A stretch of 64,000 bases of DNA from Candidatus Aenigmatarchaeota archaeon (GCA_016432325.1 CP066684.1:544001-608000), one strand, 5' to 3'; shown: positions 1 through 9,101, counted from the first letter of the stretch. Translations and numbers: made by a program. Notes: generated from the letters alone by a model not told the origin.

Positions 1-66
1 GGCGGAGGTGCGCTGACCGGATGGTTAGTCGCGGTTGTCTACAACCGGTCTATAGGAGCGAAATAG
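1..66 (+). CDS. 3' end of a membrane protein (partial, ...GGGALTGWLVAVVYNRSIGAK*)
   Basis: Open frame 1 ending TAG at 64-66; hydrophobic helix. Confidence 0.45.
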   Translation, partial: GGGALTGWLVAVVYNRSIGAK

Positions 67-108
67 TTCTTAGCGTTTCAAAACGTTTTCCGAATTAGAG
101 GCAGTTTA

Positions 109-1062
109 ATGGCCGACATAAGAAAGGCACTGCTCGCGTTGGCGTTCATCCTGTTTTCCGTATTCGTCGTCGGTCTCTTCTATTTCCTCGTGACGCCCAC
201 GGAACTCGTCTCTTTGCCGCTGGCGTACGCGGCCGGGCTCTCCATGATATTCCTGCCGTGCACGCTGCCTCTGGCGTTCATAATCGTGCCGATGGCGATG
301 CGCGAGAGCCCGAAAAAGGCGTTGGTGATGTCACTGCTGTTCGGCGCAGGCCTCGTTATCACGATAACTTTGTACGGAATCGCGGCCGCTCTCCTTGGAG
401 GAATCTTCAACCTTCAGGCCGCGAACATAATATTCCTGACCGTCGGCGGCGTCACGGCGTATATTTTCGGTCTTTCCGAACTGGGTATTCTTCGCGTCAC
501 CGGGCCGGTTTTTGGAATGTCCGTGCCAAAAGTCGTTCAGCAACACGGAGATTATGTGAAGAGCTTCTTCATGGGCCTCCTGCTGGGCAACATGGGTGTC
601 GGCTGCCCCAACCCCGCGTTCTACGTGCTCCTTTCGTACATCGCGGCTTCGGGCAGCGTACTTGTTGGAGCGTCGCTGGGTCTTGTTCACGCCATCGGCC
701 GCGCGACGCCGCTTCTCTTCCTGGCGGTTCTGGCGATTCTCGGTTTCGATTACACGAAGAATCTGGCCAGAGGCTCGGAGAGGATATCGCACTGGATGGG
801 GTGGGCCCTGATCGTCGTGGGTGCCATTCTTTTGATGACAGGCGGCCCGTTCAAGCCATGGTATGAAGAGAGCGTCTACCACGAGAGTGTCAACGACTTC
901 CTGCTCGGCGTCAGCGGCGGCCGCATAGGCGAGCAAGGCGAAGAGCCAGTGTTCGACGTGCCGTTCGTTCCGCAGTTCCTCGCGCCTTACGTCTTCGTGG
1001 CGCTAATCGCATTGCCGCTGGTTCTAAATAGGATAAAGAAGAGGAGGGACGAAGATGGCTAA
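109..1062 (+). CDS. ccdA: CcdA/DsbD-type transmembrane thiol-disulfide transporter (cytochrome c biogenesis family)
   Basis: Multi-TM; FLPCTLP and GCPNP cysteine motifs. Confidence 0.8.
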   Translation: MADIRKALLALAFILFSVFVVGLFYFLVTPTELVSLPLAYAAGLSMIFLPCTLPLAFIIVPMAMRESPKKALVMSLLFGAGLVITITLYGIAAALLGGIFNLQAANIIFLTVGGVTAYIFGLSELGILRVTGPVFGMSVPKVVQQHGDYVKSFFMGLLLGNMGVGCPNPAFYVLLSYIAASGSVLVGASLGLVHAIGRATPLLFLAVLAILGFDYTKNLARGSERISHWMGWALIVVGAILLMTGGPFKPWYEESVYHESVNDFLLGVSGGRIGEQGEEPVFDVPFVPQFLAPYVFVALIALPLVLNRIKKRRDEDG

Positions 1063-1210
1063 AGATCCTGTATGTGGTATGAACGTCGACGAAAAGGGTT
1101 CGGCGAAGGCACAGTATAAAGGCAAATCCTACTACTTCTGCAGTCCGACGTGCCAATGGGCTTTTGACAGAGATCCAGAACGGTTCGTTGGAAAAAATCC
1201 GAAGTCGTGA
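1055..1210 (+). CDS. YHS-domain metal-binding protein (51 aa; not in ORF track)
   Basis: MAKDPVCGMNVD...YKGKSYYFCSPTCQWAFDRDPERF, canonical YHS motifs; overlaps ccdA stop. Confidence 0.9.
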   Translation: MAKDPVCGMNVDEKGSAKAQYKGKSYYFCSPTCQWAFDRDPERFVGKNPKS

Positions 1211-1215
1211 TGATT

Positions 1216-1380
1216 ATGGTAAAAACTGTCAAAAGAGGCGGCAAAACATACAACGTCTGCGAAGCCTGCGACTACGGTTATTTGGACGAAGAAACGGCGC
1301 GCGCCTGCGAGGCGTGGTGCACGAAACACAAGAGCTGCAATCTGGAGATAACCAAGAAGGGCGAGTATCTGGGAGACTAG
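1216..1380 (+). CDS. Small Cys/His-rich metal-binding protein (54 aa; not in ORF track)
   Basis: MVKTVKRGGKTYNVCEACDYGYLDEETARACEAWCTKHKSCNLEITKKG; CxxC...CxxWCxxHxSC. Confidence 0.75.
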   Translation: MVKTVKRGGKTYNVCEACDYGYLDEETARACEAWCTKHKSCNLEITKKGEYLGD

Positions 1381-1417
1381 ACAACGGTTAAATAGACCCC
1401 ATTCCATCTTTTTCCGA

Positions 1418-1615
1418 GGGCTCGTGGTGTAGCTTGGTCTAGCATTGGAGCTTTGGGTGCTTGCAAGCGCTCGCTTAACGGGTGCACAAACCTCCCGCCT
1501 GCGGGCAGGAGGAGCAGAAACAGCTTCCGACCCCTGTTCAAACCGGGCTTCCTTAGAAAGAAAGCACGGCTGCAAAGAAACGCGGCCACCGTGATTCGTC
1601 AGGGCGAGCCCACCA
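1418..1615 (+). tRNA. tRNA-Pro(TGG) with two introns (~1458-1521 at 37/38; ~1543-1598 in T-loop), CCA encoded
   Basis: Acceptor GGGCTCG/CGAGCCC-A-CCA; anticodon stem GGAGC/GCTTC around TT-TGG-G; T stem CCCTG/CAGGG with TTCAAA|T split by an insertion. Confidence 0.88.
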
Positions 1616-1666
1616 TATGTCTACATATATGCTATCTTTATATCCTGGTGTGGACATATAGGAGTT

Positions 1667-2566
1667 ATGCCTTACACAGAAGTTCAGGAAAGAAACGGAA
1701 AGAAGTACTATTATCGCGTTCTGTCTGTCAGGCGCGGCAAGGTCGTGGCGAAGAGGCGCGTGTATCTTGGAGCGAGCTTGGCTAGGAAGGAGCTGTCGAA
1801 GAAGGAGGCAAGCGCCGATAGAGAGCTGGATGTTCTGAGTGGTTTGCTGAGCACGAAGGAATTGAATTTCTTGGATGGCGTCAAAAGGCGTCTTTCCCAC
1901 GAACCGAAAAGCACTTCAAACAACAGATACGAGTACTTCGTCTCTCTCTTCACCTATGATTCCAACGCCATTGAAGGCAACACGCTGACCCTTGAGGAAA
2001 CCGCACAGCTACTATTCGAAGGAATCGTCCCTCCCAAATCCCTTAGGGAGGTCAACGAAGCGCTAAACCACAAGAAAGCCTTTGACGCTTTGCTCGCATA
2101 TAGAGGAGACATGAGCAAGAAGCTCGTGTGCAAACTTCACGAGCTTGTCGTAAAGGACACCTTGAGAAAGGAACTGGAACCGCAGACAGGCAAATACCGC
2201 AGCGTACAGGTTTACATCAGGGGCGTTGACTGGTTCCCGCCGAAACCCAAGAACGTCCCCCGCGAGATGAAGAATCTGCTTTCGTGGTATTCGAAGAACA
2301 GGAAGAAACTGCACCCTGTGGTTCTGGCGTCTTATTTTCATGCTGCGTTCGAGATGGCTCACCCATTCGTTGACGGAAACGGACGGGTAGGGCGGTTGCT
2401 GATGAACTTCATTCTTAGAAAGAATGGCTATCCCATGGTAAACGTTCCAAACAGAATCAAACGCCGTTATTATGCGGCTTTGCAGTCTGCGCAGACCGAG
2501 GGAAATCTGAGGCCCTTTGTCGAACTGATTCTGGACATTTACAGGGCAGGCAAGGTTGTTTTATGA
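1667..2566 (+). CDS. Fic family protein (class II, inhibitory SNAIEGN motif)
   Basis: HPFVDGNGRVGR Fic motif; SNAIEGN; basic N-terminal extension. Confidence 0.92.
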   Translation: MPYTEVQERNGKKYYYRVLSVRRGKVVAKRRVYLGASLARKELSKKEASADRELDVLSGLLSTKELNFLDGVKRRLSHEPKSTSNNRYEYFVSLFTYDSNAIEGNTLTLEETAQLLFEGIVPPKSLREVNEALNHKKAFDALLAYRGDMSKKLVCKLHELVVKDTLRKELEPQTGKYRSVQVYIRGVDWFPPKPKNVPREMKNLLSWYSKNRKKLHPVVLASYFHAAFEMAHPFVDGNGRVGRLLMNFILRKNGYPMVNVPNRIKRRYYAALQSAQTEGNLRPFVELILDIYRAGKVVL

Positions 2567-2777
2567 AGGATCGTCGTCTGTCGCGCCAGCGTTTTGCGGG
2601 TCGGCGGCGTTCGCCATTGAGTGACCCACCGCATTTATTTGCGTATGCCCATTGTTCTGCATGGCAACCAAGGGTATCTCTCCGAAACTTTTTGCGCCCA
2701 TCGCATCCGCTAAACGCGCATGCACGGGAAAGCGTTCCCGGCACATCGGGAACGGTGGTTCCCGAATGAAAACTTTC

Positions 2778-3830
2778 ATGAAAAATCCGCTACCGCACAA
2801 GGGAATCTCGCCTGTAATCGCCTCCATAATCCTCGTCCTGATAGTAATCTCGCTTTCAGGCGCGTATCTCGTCTTCACCGGGCGCCTCGCGAGCACGCAG
2901 ACCGCCGCTGCCGAGCAGCAGGCCTCGCAGGTGCAGAAGCTGACCACCACGATATTCTCCGTCGGCGACATAGCGGGACAAAGCGTGGGAATCGAAAACA
3001 TAGGCTCCGAGGACTTGGAACTCAACTCTTTGCGCGTCACGCTGGATGGCGCGACAGTGAACTACACGATGGACGGGACCATCGAACCAGGACAGAGAGG
3101 GACGCTGACGCTTACGGGTCTGTGGATGTTCGGTCCCGGCGAGCACGCGCTGCGCGTCTCCGGAGCGGCCAAGAGCGATTCGACGACCGTGCGGGTCAAA
3201 CCGAATCCCGATGAACTCGCACTTGACATGAGATTCAACGAAGGCGGTGGAACAACAGCAAGCGACTTTAGCGAAAACAATAACGACGGCACGCTAAAAA
3301 ACGGAACAGTCTGGAGCGCTGGCAAGTTCGGAACGGCCGTGAGTTTCGACGGCACCGACGACTATGTGACTGCCGCGGATAGCGGACTTCCGACAGGCAA
3401 CGGCGCGCTCTCTGTCGAGGCGTGGATAAAGCCGTCTGTACTCAGCGGATACATAGTAAGCTACGGCGACGGCGTCACGAATGGGAAATGGTTCGAGATT
3501 CAAATGCACGGCGTCTACGGACTGGTCGTATCGTTCGGTGGGAGCGGATGTGACATTTTGCCGAGCGGCGTATCCATACCGACTAACCAATGGCGCCACG
3601 TAGTCGCCACGAAACCATCCGGATCGAGCGTCGTCAGCTTTTATGTCGACGGAGCGTTTGTGTCGTCAGCGTCTCCCAGCAGCTGCACGATAAACCTAAC
3701 GCCCGCCGACAACCTAAAGATAGGCAAACACCCGACAACGGGCTCCTATTTCAAGGGACTGGTTGACGAAGTGCGTATCTTCAAGGCCACATATACGCCT
3801 GACCAGCTCTACGTTCTGGAGAGGGTCTGA
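2778..3830 (+). CDS. Type IV pilin/archaellin N-terminal + LamG domain surface protein (start could be 2661 or 2766)
   Basis: Class III signal KG/ISPVIASIILVL; LamG motifs FDGTDDYV, VEAWIKP, WRHVV, FKGLVDEVRIF. Confidence 0.85.
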   Translation: MKNPLPHKGISPVIASIILVLIVISLSGAYLVFTGRLASTQTAAAEQQASQVQKLTTTIFSVGDIAGQSVGIENIGSEDLELNSLRVTLDGATVNYTMDGTIEPGQRGTLTLTGLWMFGPGEHALRVSGAAKSDSTTVRVKPNPDELALDMRFNEGGGTTASDFSENNNDGTLKNGTVWSAGKFGTAVSFDGTDDYVTAADSGLPTGNGALSVEAWIKPSVLSGYIVSYGDGVTNGKWFEIQMHGVYGLVVSFGGSGCDILPSGVSIPTNQWRHVVATKPSGSSVVSFYVDGAFVSSASPSSCTINLTPADNLKIGKHPTTGSYFKGLVDEVRIFKATYTPDQLYVLERV

Positions 3831-4172
3831 GTGGATGCGCTTGTTATCGCATTAACCGTGTTGCTGTTCCTCGCAATCGCCGTGATTTTCCGCTATCGCG
3901 ACATGTACGCCAGGGAACGCTCCTCCAAAGCGTCGCTCGCGACAAAACACGGCCTTACGTTCGAACAGCTCGCGCCTTTCTCGAAAGATTTCCCCGGCAA
4001 TCCGCGCGCGTTCCGCTTCATCGGGGATCCTGTCGACGGGGTGCTGTTCGGAGACGACGAAATTACGTTCGTGGAATTCAAAACAGGGAGCGCGCGAACG
4101 AATGACAGGCAGAGCAGGATAAAGAAAATCGTGGAAGACGGACGCGTCGCATGGAAAGAAATAAAAAGATGA
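3831..4172 (+). CDS. Membrane-anchored Holliday-junction-resolvase-like endonuclease (Endonuc_Holl family)
   Basis: N-terminal TM; EQLAPF, RFIGDPVDG, FVEFKTG (PD-(D/E)xK). Confidence 0.8.
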   Translation: MDALVIALTVLLFLAIAVIFRYRDMYARERSSKASLATKHGLTFEQLAPFSKDFPGNPRAFRFIGDPVDGVLFGDDEITFVEFKTGSARTNDRQSRIKKIVEDGRVAWKEIKR

Positions 4173-4312
4173 AACCGGATTTGACAATGAAACGTTTCAC
4201 CGTCCGAAACACATAAAACGTCGTTTTAACTGCAAAAAAGAGGCAAAAATGGTTGCCGGTTGGCTTTTTATACGTCCGTTGTGTATGTACGAATGTCGAA
4301 AAGGGGGACAAA

Positions 4313-4486
4313 ATGCTTCTGAAATGTGACATCTGCGGTATCGGCCTCAAGATGGAGACCATAGGCTTCGTTCGACACCCGCATCCGGCTGATGGTTTGG
4401 AAGCCATCATAAGATGCAAGCAGTGCCACAATTCGACCAAGGAGAAGTCGCGCGGCAAGAATTCGTCTTACATGATTTTGGAGTAA
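4313..4486 (+). CDS. Small zinc-finger protein
   Basis: CDICG...CKQCH; AGGGGG SD-like sequence upstream of ATG. Confidence 0.55.
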   Translation: MLLKCDICGIGLKMETIGFVRHPHPADGLEAIIRCKQCHNSTKEKSRGKNSSYMILE

Positions 4487-4516
4487 ACGGGGACCGATTT
4501 TTATATCCGGGTTTCT

Positions 4517-4933
4517 TTAAGAGCAGATAGTCGAGTCTGTGGCGCCCTGCTTGGCGACTACCTTTATCGTGTTCCCTGAATAGAAGACGTTGGCGGGCGC
4601 GCTTATGTGCGTCAGCGAGTACTGAGCGCGGCTGCCTGCGGGCGTCCACGTCACGCTCGTGAGCGTGTTATTGACGAAAAGCGTCAAATCGGCCGTGTCT
4701 ATCGCAGTTCCAAGGTTCCTTATCGTTATGTTGTCTGTCGTGCCGCATGTCAGGGCTTCTATCTTTATCTGTTCGCTCGTGGCGCCTGTTACGCGCTGCG
4801 TTCCTGCCGTGCCACTCTCCGTGGCGGCACTGAACGCGCGGTTGGACCAGACGAGGAATGCGCCTGCGAGAGCGATTACAACTAGTACGATGAGTACTGT
4901 GGCGAGTATGGGCGCTACTCCCTTGGAACGCAT
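4517..4933 (-). CDS. Type IV pilin
   Basis: MRSKG/VAPILATVLIVLVVI class III signal; Cys pair. Confidence 0.85.
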   Translation of the reverse strand: MRSKGVAPILATVLIVLVVIALAGAFLVWSNRAFSAATESGTAGTQRVTGATSEQIKIEALTCGTTDNITIRNLGTAIDTADLTLFVNNTLTSVTWTPAGSRAQYSLTHISAPANVFYSGNTIKVVAKQGATDSTICS

Positions 4934-4934
4934 T

Positions 4935-5342
4935 CTATGGGCACCTCGAGGAGTCTGTGAAGCCCTGCTTCGTCACTATCTTTATCGTGTCTCCCGACGT
5001 TAGCGTGACGGAGTCCGTAGTCGCAGTGGCGCCTGTGGCCAGAGTCGGTGCGCTCCATGTCGCAGACGTCAACACGTCGTTCTTATAGACCGTCAAATCG
5101 GCCGTTGTTATGGACGACGTACCGACGTTTTTGACGCTTATCTGCGGGGTCGCCGTGCACGCCATGCTAAGGATGGCCACTGCTTCCTGCGTGGCGCCTG
5201 TGACGCGCTGCGATCCTTCTGTTCCGCGCTCTGCCGCAGAGGTGAACGCGCGGTTGGACCAGACGAGGAATGCGCCTGCCAGAGCTACAACGATTATGAC
5301 GATGAGAACGGTCGCGAGTATTGAAGAAACGCCTTTTCGCAT
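4935..5342 (-). CDS. Type IV pilin
   Basis: MRKG/VSSILATVLIVIIVV; GAGGT SD upstream. Confidence 0.85.
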   Translation of the reverse strand: MRKGVSSILATVLIVIIVVALAGAFLVWSNRAFTSAAERGTEGSQRVTGATQEAVAILSMACTATPQISVKNVGTSSITTADLTVYKNDVLTSATWSAPTLATGATATTDSVTLTSGDTIKIVTKQGFTDSSRCP

Positions 5343-5347
5343 GGGGA

Positions 5348-5551
5348 TTACCTCTTCTTTCCGCCTACGGCTTCCTCTATCCTGACGTAGATGGTTATGA
5401 GGATTATCACGGTCAGCGTGCTCAGAATAAGCGAGGTTCCTGTCGCTATCTCCAGCGTGCCTCCGACAGTAAGGGCCGCCATGACGAGCGCAAAGGCCGC
5501 CAGAATGGTTACGGAAATGCTGTTTATCGTCCGCAACTCCTCGAAGCGCAT
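5348..5551 (-). CDS. Small 2-TM membrane protein (paralogue of 6055-6255)
   Basis: Two hydrophobic helices, C-terminal KKR; TATA ~25 nt upstream. Confidence 0.7.
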   Translation of the reverse strand: MRFEELRTINSISVTILAAFALVMAALTVGGTLEIATGTSLILSTLTVIILITIYVRIEEAVGGKKR

Positions 5552-5638
5552 GCATAGACTTCTTGAAAGCCCGTATATAAACATATAGACCGGAGGCTGG
5601 ACGAGTCAAAAAAGAAGGAAAAAGAAAAATCCCAGCGC

Positions 5639-6058
5639 CTATGCGCACCTGGAGGACGCGCCTACAGCAGCGCCAGCGACCGTAACGCGAACCGCGTCAC
5701 CGGAAGCTAACGTAACCGTTCCGGTCTTGGTCGCGCCGACCGCTACCGTTCCTGTCCAGCCGGCACCCGTTGGCGTCACGGCAACCTCGTTCACGTAGAC
5801 CGTTACGTCGGTCACGGCAAACGAGACGCTGCCCGTGTTCCTTATGGTCAGGCTGTTGGCACTGCACGCAAGGGCGTCTATGCTAACCGCCTTCTGCGTG
5901 CTTGCTCCATAGGTCTGGACGTTCTGCGTCCCTGTCTGCTGCGTCTGCGTCAGAGTGCCTGTGCCCCACAGCAAGAATGCCGAGGCCAGCGCAATCACAA
6001 CGAGCACTATCAGCACGTTGGACACTATGTCCGAAATTCCTTTGCTCAAACGTTTCAC
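5639..6058 (-). CDS. Type IV pilin
   Basis: MKRLSKG/ISDIVSNVLIVLVVI; GTG start overlaps upstream stop. Confidence 0.85.
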   Translation of the reverse strand: MKRLSKGISDIVSNVLIVLVVIALASAFLLWGTGTLTQTQQTGTQNVQTYGASTQKAVSIDALACSANSLTIRNTGSVSFAVTDVTVYVNEVAVTPTGAGWTGTVAVGATKTGTVTLASGDAVRVTVAGAAVGASSRCA

Positions 6059-6255
6059 CTTTTCTTGGCTGCCTTGGTTCCCAGTCTGGCGTTTATCGAC
6101 AGCAGGATAAGGGCCATCAGCAGGTTGACGACGAGCGTCAGTCCGCTGACTAGGTTCATGTATCCGCCGGCGATGGACGCCGTCACGACAAGGGCCAATG
6201 CGGCCAGTATGAAAGCTGAGACGTTGCTTGACGAAACGAACTCTTCGGCCTTCAT
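6055..6255 (-). CDS. Small 2-TM membrane protein (paralogue of 5348-5551)
   Basis: ILAALALVV..GG..L..L.I.ARL..KKR shared pattern; TATA upstream. Confidence 0.7.
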   Translation of the reverse strand: MKAEEFVSSSNVSAFILAALALVVTASIAGGYMNLVSGLTLVVNLLMALILLSINARLGTKAAKKR

Positions 6256-6306
6256 GTGCGGAATTGGGATAAGACGGTTTATAAGCGTTATGGGGGGTTA
6301 TAGTCC

Positions 6307-6426
6307 TTATGCCTCTCTCTCGGTCTCTTCCTTCTCGCGCTTCAGCTTCCTTACGGTCGGCACGAGTCCGTCAACGTCCGTTCCCAGACGCTGAGCGAGC
6401 GTCCGAACGACGCGCACAGCGTTCAC
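6307..6426 (-). CDS. 39-aa helical peptide resembling the AlaRS dimerisation helices (not in ORF track)
   Basis: GTG overlaps alaS TGA; MNAVRVVRTLAQRLGTDVDGLVPTVRKLKREKEETEREA*. Confidence 0.55.
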   Translation of the reverse strand: MNAVRVVRTLAQRLGTDVDGLVPTVRKLKREKEETEREA

Positions 6427-9101
6427 TTTACCCGTTCCTTTAGCCATTCGACAGCCTCCTCTATCTTTTCCCTCTTTATTGTGCCCTGTCCGAGAACAGG
6501 TGTCCCGCCTCCCTTGCCGCCAACCGTCGCGAAGAGCTCCTTCAGGATGCGGCCGACGTGATAGTCGCGCGCCGCCAGCTCGCCGGCCGAAGCGAACACA
6601 GGAGCGTCCTCGGCGGTTTCGCCTATGAGAAATATCACAGTGTCTTCGCGCGACAGTTCCCCGCTCATCTTCTGCAGGGCGCGCGCGTCTCCTGCGACGT
6701 GGGCGACGAGGACGTGCACGTCACGGATCTCTACGAACGTCATTCCTTCCGCGGCGCGCTTTGCCCTGTGCCCCATCGCCTGTTCGGCTTTCTTTCTCGC
6801 ATCTTTCAGATCCTCCGCGAGCTTTTCTATTGCGTCCGGAACCTCCGCCGACCGTACGTTCAAAAGTTCGCCCAGCTCTTCCAGAACGCCCGCGCATTTG
6901 GATTCATAGTCCTCTGCCGCGCGGCCTGCCACGAAGTGCACGCGCACGATACCGTCCTGCACGCGCTCTGTCCCTGTGATTATTATCTTTCCGACGGTTG
7001 ACGTGTTATCCGAATGCGTGCCTCCGCACGCCTCTATGTCATGATTCTCGATGTTCACTATCCGTATGTCGCCCCAAGGAACACCCCCCTGATAGATTCC
7101 AAAACCGTATTTCGCTTCGGCGTCCTCTGTCGTGTGCACGCTTTTTGTTATGCGCCTGCCCTCGCGAACTATCTTGTTCGCGCGCTCCTCCAGTTCCCCA
7201 AGTTCTTTCTCTGTCAGCGGCTTGTAGTGAGTCACGTCGATGCGCGCGTGGTCCACGTCCTTGAGCGCGCCGTGCTGCCAAGCGTGCGTTCCGAACATCG
7301 CACGCGCGCAGCCGTTGATGATGTGCGTGGCATCGTGGTGCTGCGTTAATTGCATGCGGCGCGGCTCGTCTACTTTGCATCTTACACGGTCTCCGCGCGA
7401 GAGCGCCTTCGCGTCCGCGACCTTGTGGAATACGATTCCGTTGTCCTTCTGAACGTCTGTGACGCGAACCCCGCCTATCGTTCCAGTATCGTACATCTGG
7501 CCGCCCCCTTCGGGGTAGAAAGCCGTTGTGTCGAGAACTATCCATTCGCCCTGAACGTCCGCGACGACAGCGTCGTGTTCCAGCGTTCGCGTATAACAAA
7601 GCTGCTTGGTCGGCGCCAGACTCTCCGTAGAGAACGTCCTCTTTTTTCCCGCTGCCTTCTCTTCCATGTGCTTTTCCGTGACGCGCGCGTAAAAATCGGC
7701 GGGTATCGTGACGTCTATTCCTTCTTTCCTCGCCTCGGCTTCGATGAGCTCTGGCGTGACTCCTTCGGAATCGTAGAGCGTTACTAGCGTTTCGTCCGTT
7801 ATCTTTTGTTTGGACGCGACCAGCGCGGTCACGCGCTTCCTCACCTTCGCTTTCGTATCGGCGAACTTCTTCAGGTCCGTCTCTATTATGTCGCGGACGC
7901 GTTCATCGACCACGAGCTCCGGGTGCATCGCCTTGAGCGAGCGCGCGTGCCAGTCCATCACGTCGAGAAGCGTGTAGTCGAGTCCGTACTCCTCTATCAA
8001 GCCGTGCGCTCTGCGGAGCAGGACGCGCAGGTTGTAGCCTCCGCCGACATTCGATGGGAGTCCGCCGTCGACGAGCGCGAAGAGCAGGGCCTTCGCATGG
8101 TCTGCGATTGTGTAAACGGCTTGCAACGGCCCGATTCCTTTGTTGAGATTGTCAACGCTGACACGCAAGGCCGATGCGATGTCGCTCTTTGCGCGCTTGG
8201 CATCCAGAACGTCCTCAAAGTTCAGCGCTCCGGATATTCTCGAGTATCTCGCAAACAGGTCTCCGTCATATTCGATGCCTTTCTTCATCTTTTCCAGAAC
8301 GGGCCCGAACGCAGAGTCGTATGACGTCAGCGTGCCGTTGAGGTACCAAACCCAGCGGTCGAATCCTGCGCCCATGTCCACGACCGGTCTTGTCAGACGT
8401 TCGCGAACGCCGTTGGTCTCCAAGAACTCCGTGAAGACCGTGTTGCCGAGCTCCAGCCCGTTCGCATGGTACTCCAGAGAGTAACCGAACGCGCCTCCGC
8501 CGGCCCACGCGTCCTCCTTGAACGTGAGCGCGTCGGGCTTGATCCCCAGAACGTTCGTAAGAACTTCCCAGTCCAAACGTATCGCTTCGTCTTTCCAGTA
8601 GCCGTTGCCTTCTGGTATCGCGTGCTGCCCCAGCATCACGAACGCCGAGTGGTGGCGACCTGTGACGCCTATGTTAGGCAGGTCCGTGAAACGCAGGCAG
8701 ACCTGCGGCACGATGAGAGGATTGTGGGGCAGAGCAAACGTGATGCCTTTTGGAGTGCGCCTCTGAAAGTTTATTATCGACGCTATGTTGAAATAGAGGT
8801 CAGGGCGCCATCGGCAGATGACCGGATAGCGCGGCACGCTGGTGTGACCGTTCTTGATGAAGAAACGCTCTACTTGTTTCCACGTTTCGTAGTAGTCCCA
8901 GTCCTTCCTGCGCACTCCGATGAACGAGTAGTCCGCGCACGGGTTCTCTCCGCAGTTCGCCCGCGACGCGTCAAGAGTCCAGAAAAAGCCTTTGCATTTT
9001 TCGCACTGTCTGCGCGCGAAGCCTTCCTTTTCGAAGAGCTCGACCTTCCAGTACTTCTTCCAGTCCTTTTGGAGTTCTTTGATAAGGGCGGATTTGTCCA
9101 T
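6423..9101 (-). CDS. alaS: Alanine--tRNA ligase (archaeal type)
   Basis: N-terminal CxxC, QVCLRFTD, TGRH, editing HxxxH and CGGTH, C-terminal DHHA1 GGKGGG. Confidence 0.97.
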   Translation of the reverse strand: MDKSALIKELQKDWKKYWKVELFEKEGFARRQCEKCKGFFWTLDASRANCGENPCADYSFIGVRRKDWDYYETWKQVERFFIKNGHTSVPRYPVICRWRPDLYFNIASIINFQRRTPKGITFALPHNPLIVPQVCLRFTDLPNIGVTGRHHSAFVMLGQHAIPEGNGYWKDEAIRLDWEVLTNVLGIKPDALTFKEDAWAGGGAFGYSLEYHANGLELGNTVFTEFLETNGVRERLTRPVVDMGAGFDRWVWYLNGTLTSYDSAFGPVLEKMKKGIEYDGDLFARYSRISGALNFEDVLDAKRAKSDIASALRVSVDNLNKGIGPLQAVYTIADHAKALLFALVDGGLPSNVGGGYNLRVLLRRAHGLIEEYGLDYTLLDVMDWHARSLKAMHPELVVDERVRDIIETDLKKFADTKAKVRKRVTALVASKQKITDETLVTLYDSEGVTPELIEAEARKEGIDVTIPADFYARVTEKHMEEKAAGKKRTFSTESLAPTKQLCYTRTLEHDAVVADVQGEWIVLDTTAFYPEGGGQMYDTGTIGGVRVTDVQKDNGIVFHKVADAKALSRGDRVRCKVDEPRRMQLTQHHDATHIINGCARAMFGTHAWQHGALKDVDHARIDVTHYKPLTEKELGELEERANKIVREGRRITKSVHTTEDAEAKYGFGIYQGGVPWGDIRIVNIENHDIEACGGTHSDNTSTVGKIIITGTERVQDGIVRVHFVAGRAAEDYESKCAGVLEELGELLNVRSAEVPDAIEKLAEDLKDARKKAEQAMGHRAKRAAEGMTFVEIRDVHVLVAHVAGDARALQKMSGELSREDTVIFLIGETAEDAPVFASAGELAARDYHVGRILKELFATVGGKGGGTPVLGQGTIKREKIEEAVEWLKERVK

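Noticed and set aside
2778-3830. DGR-diversified LamG adhesins
   Set aside because: No reverse transcriptase or adenine-specific template/variable repeat pair seen in the window
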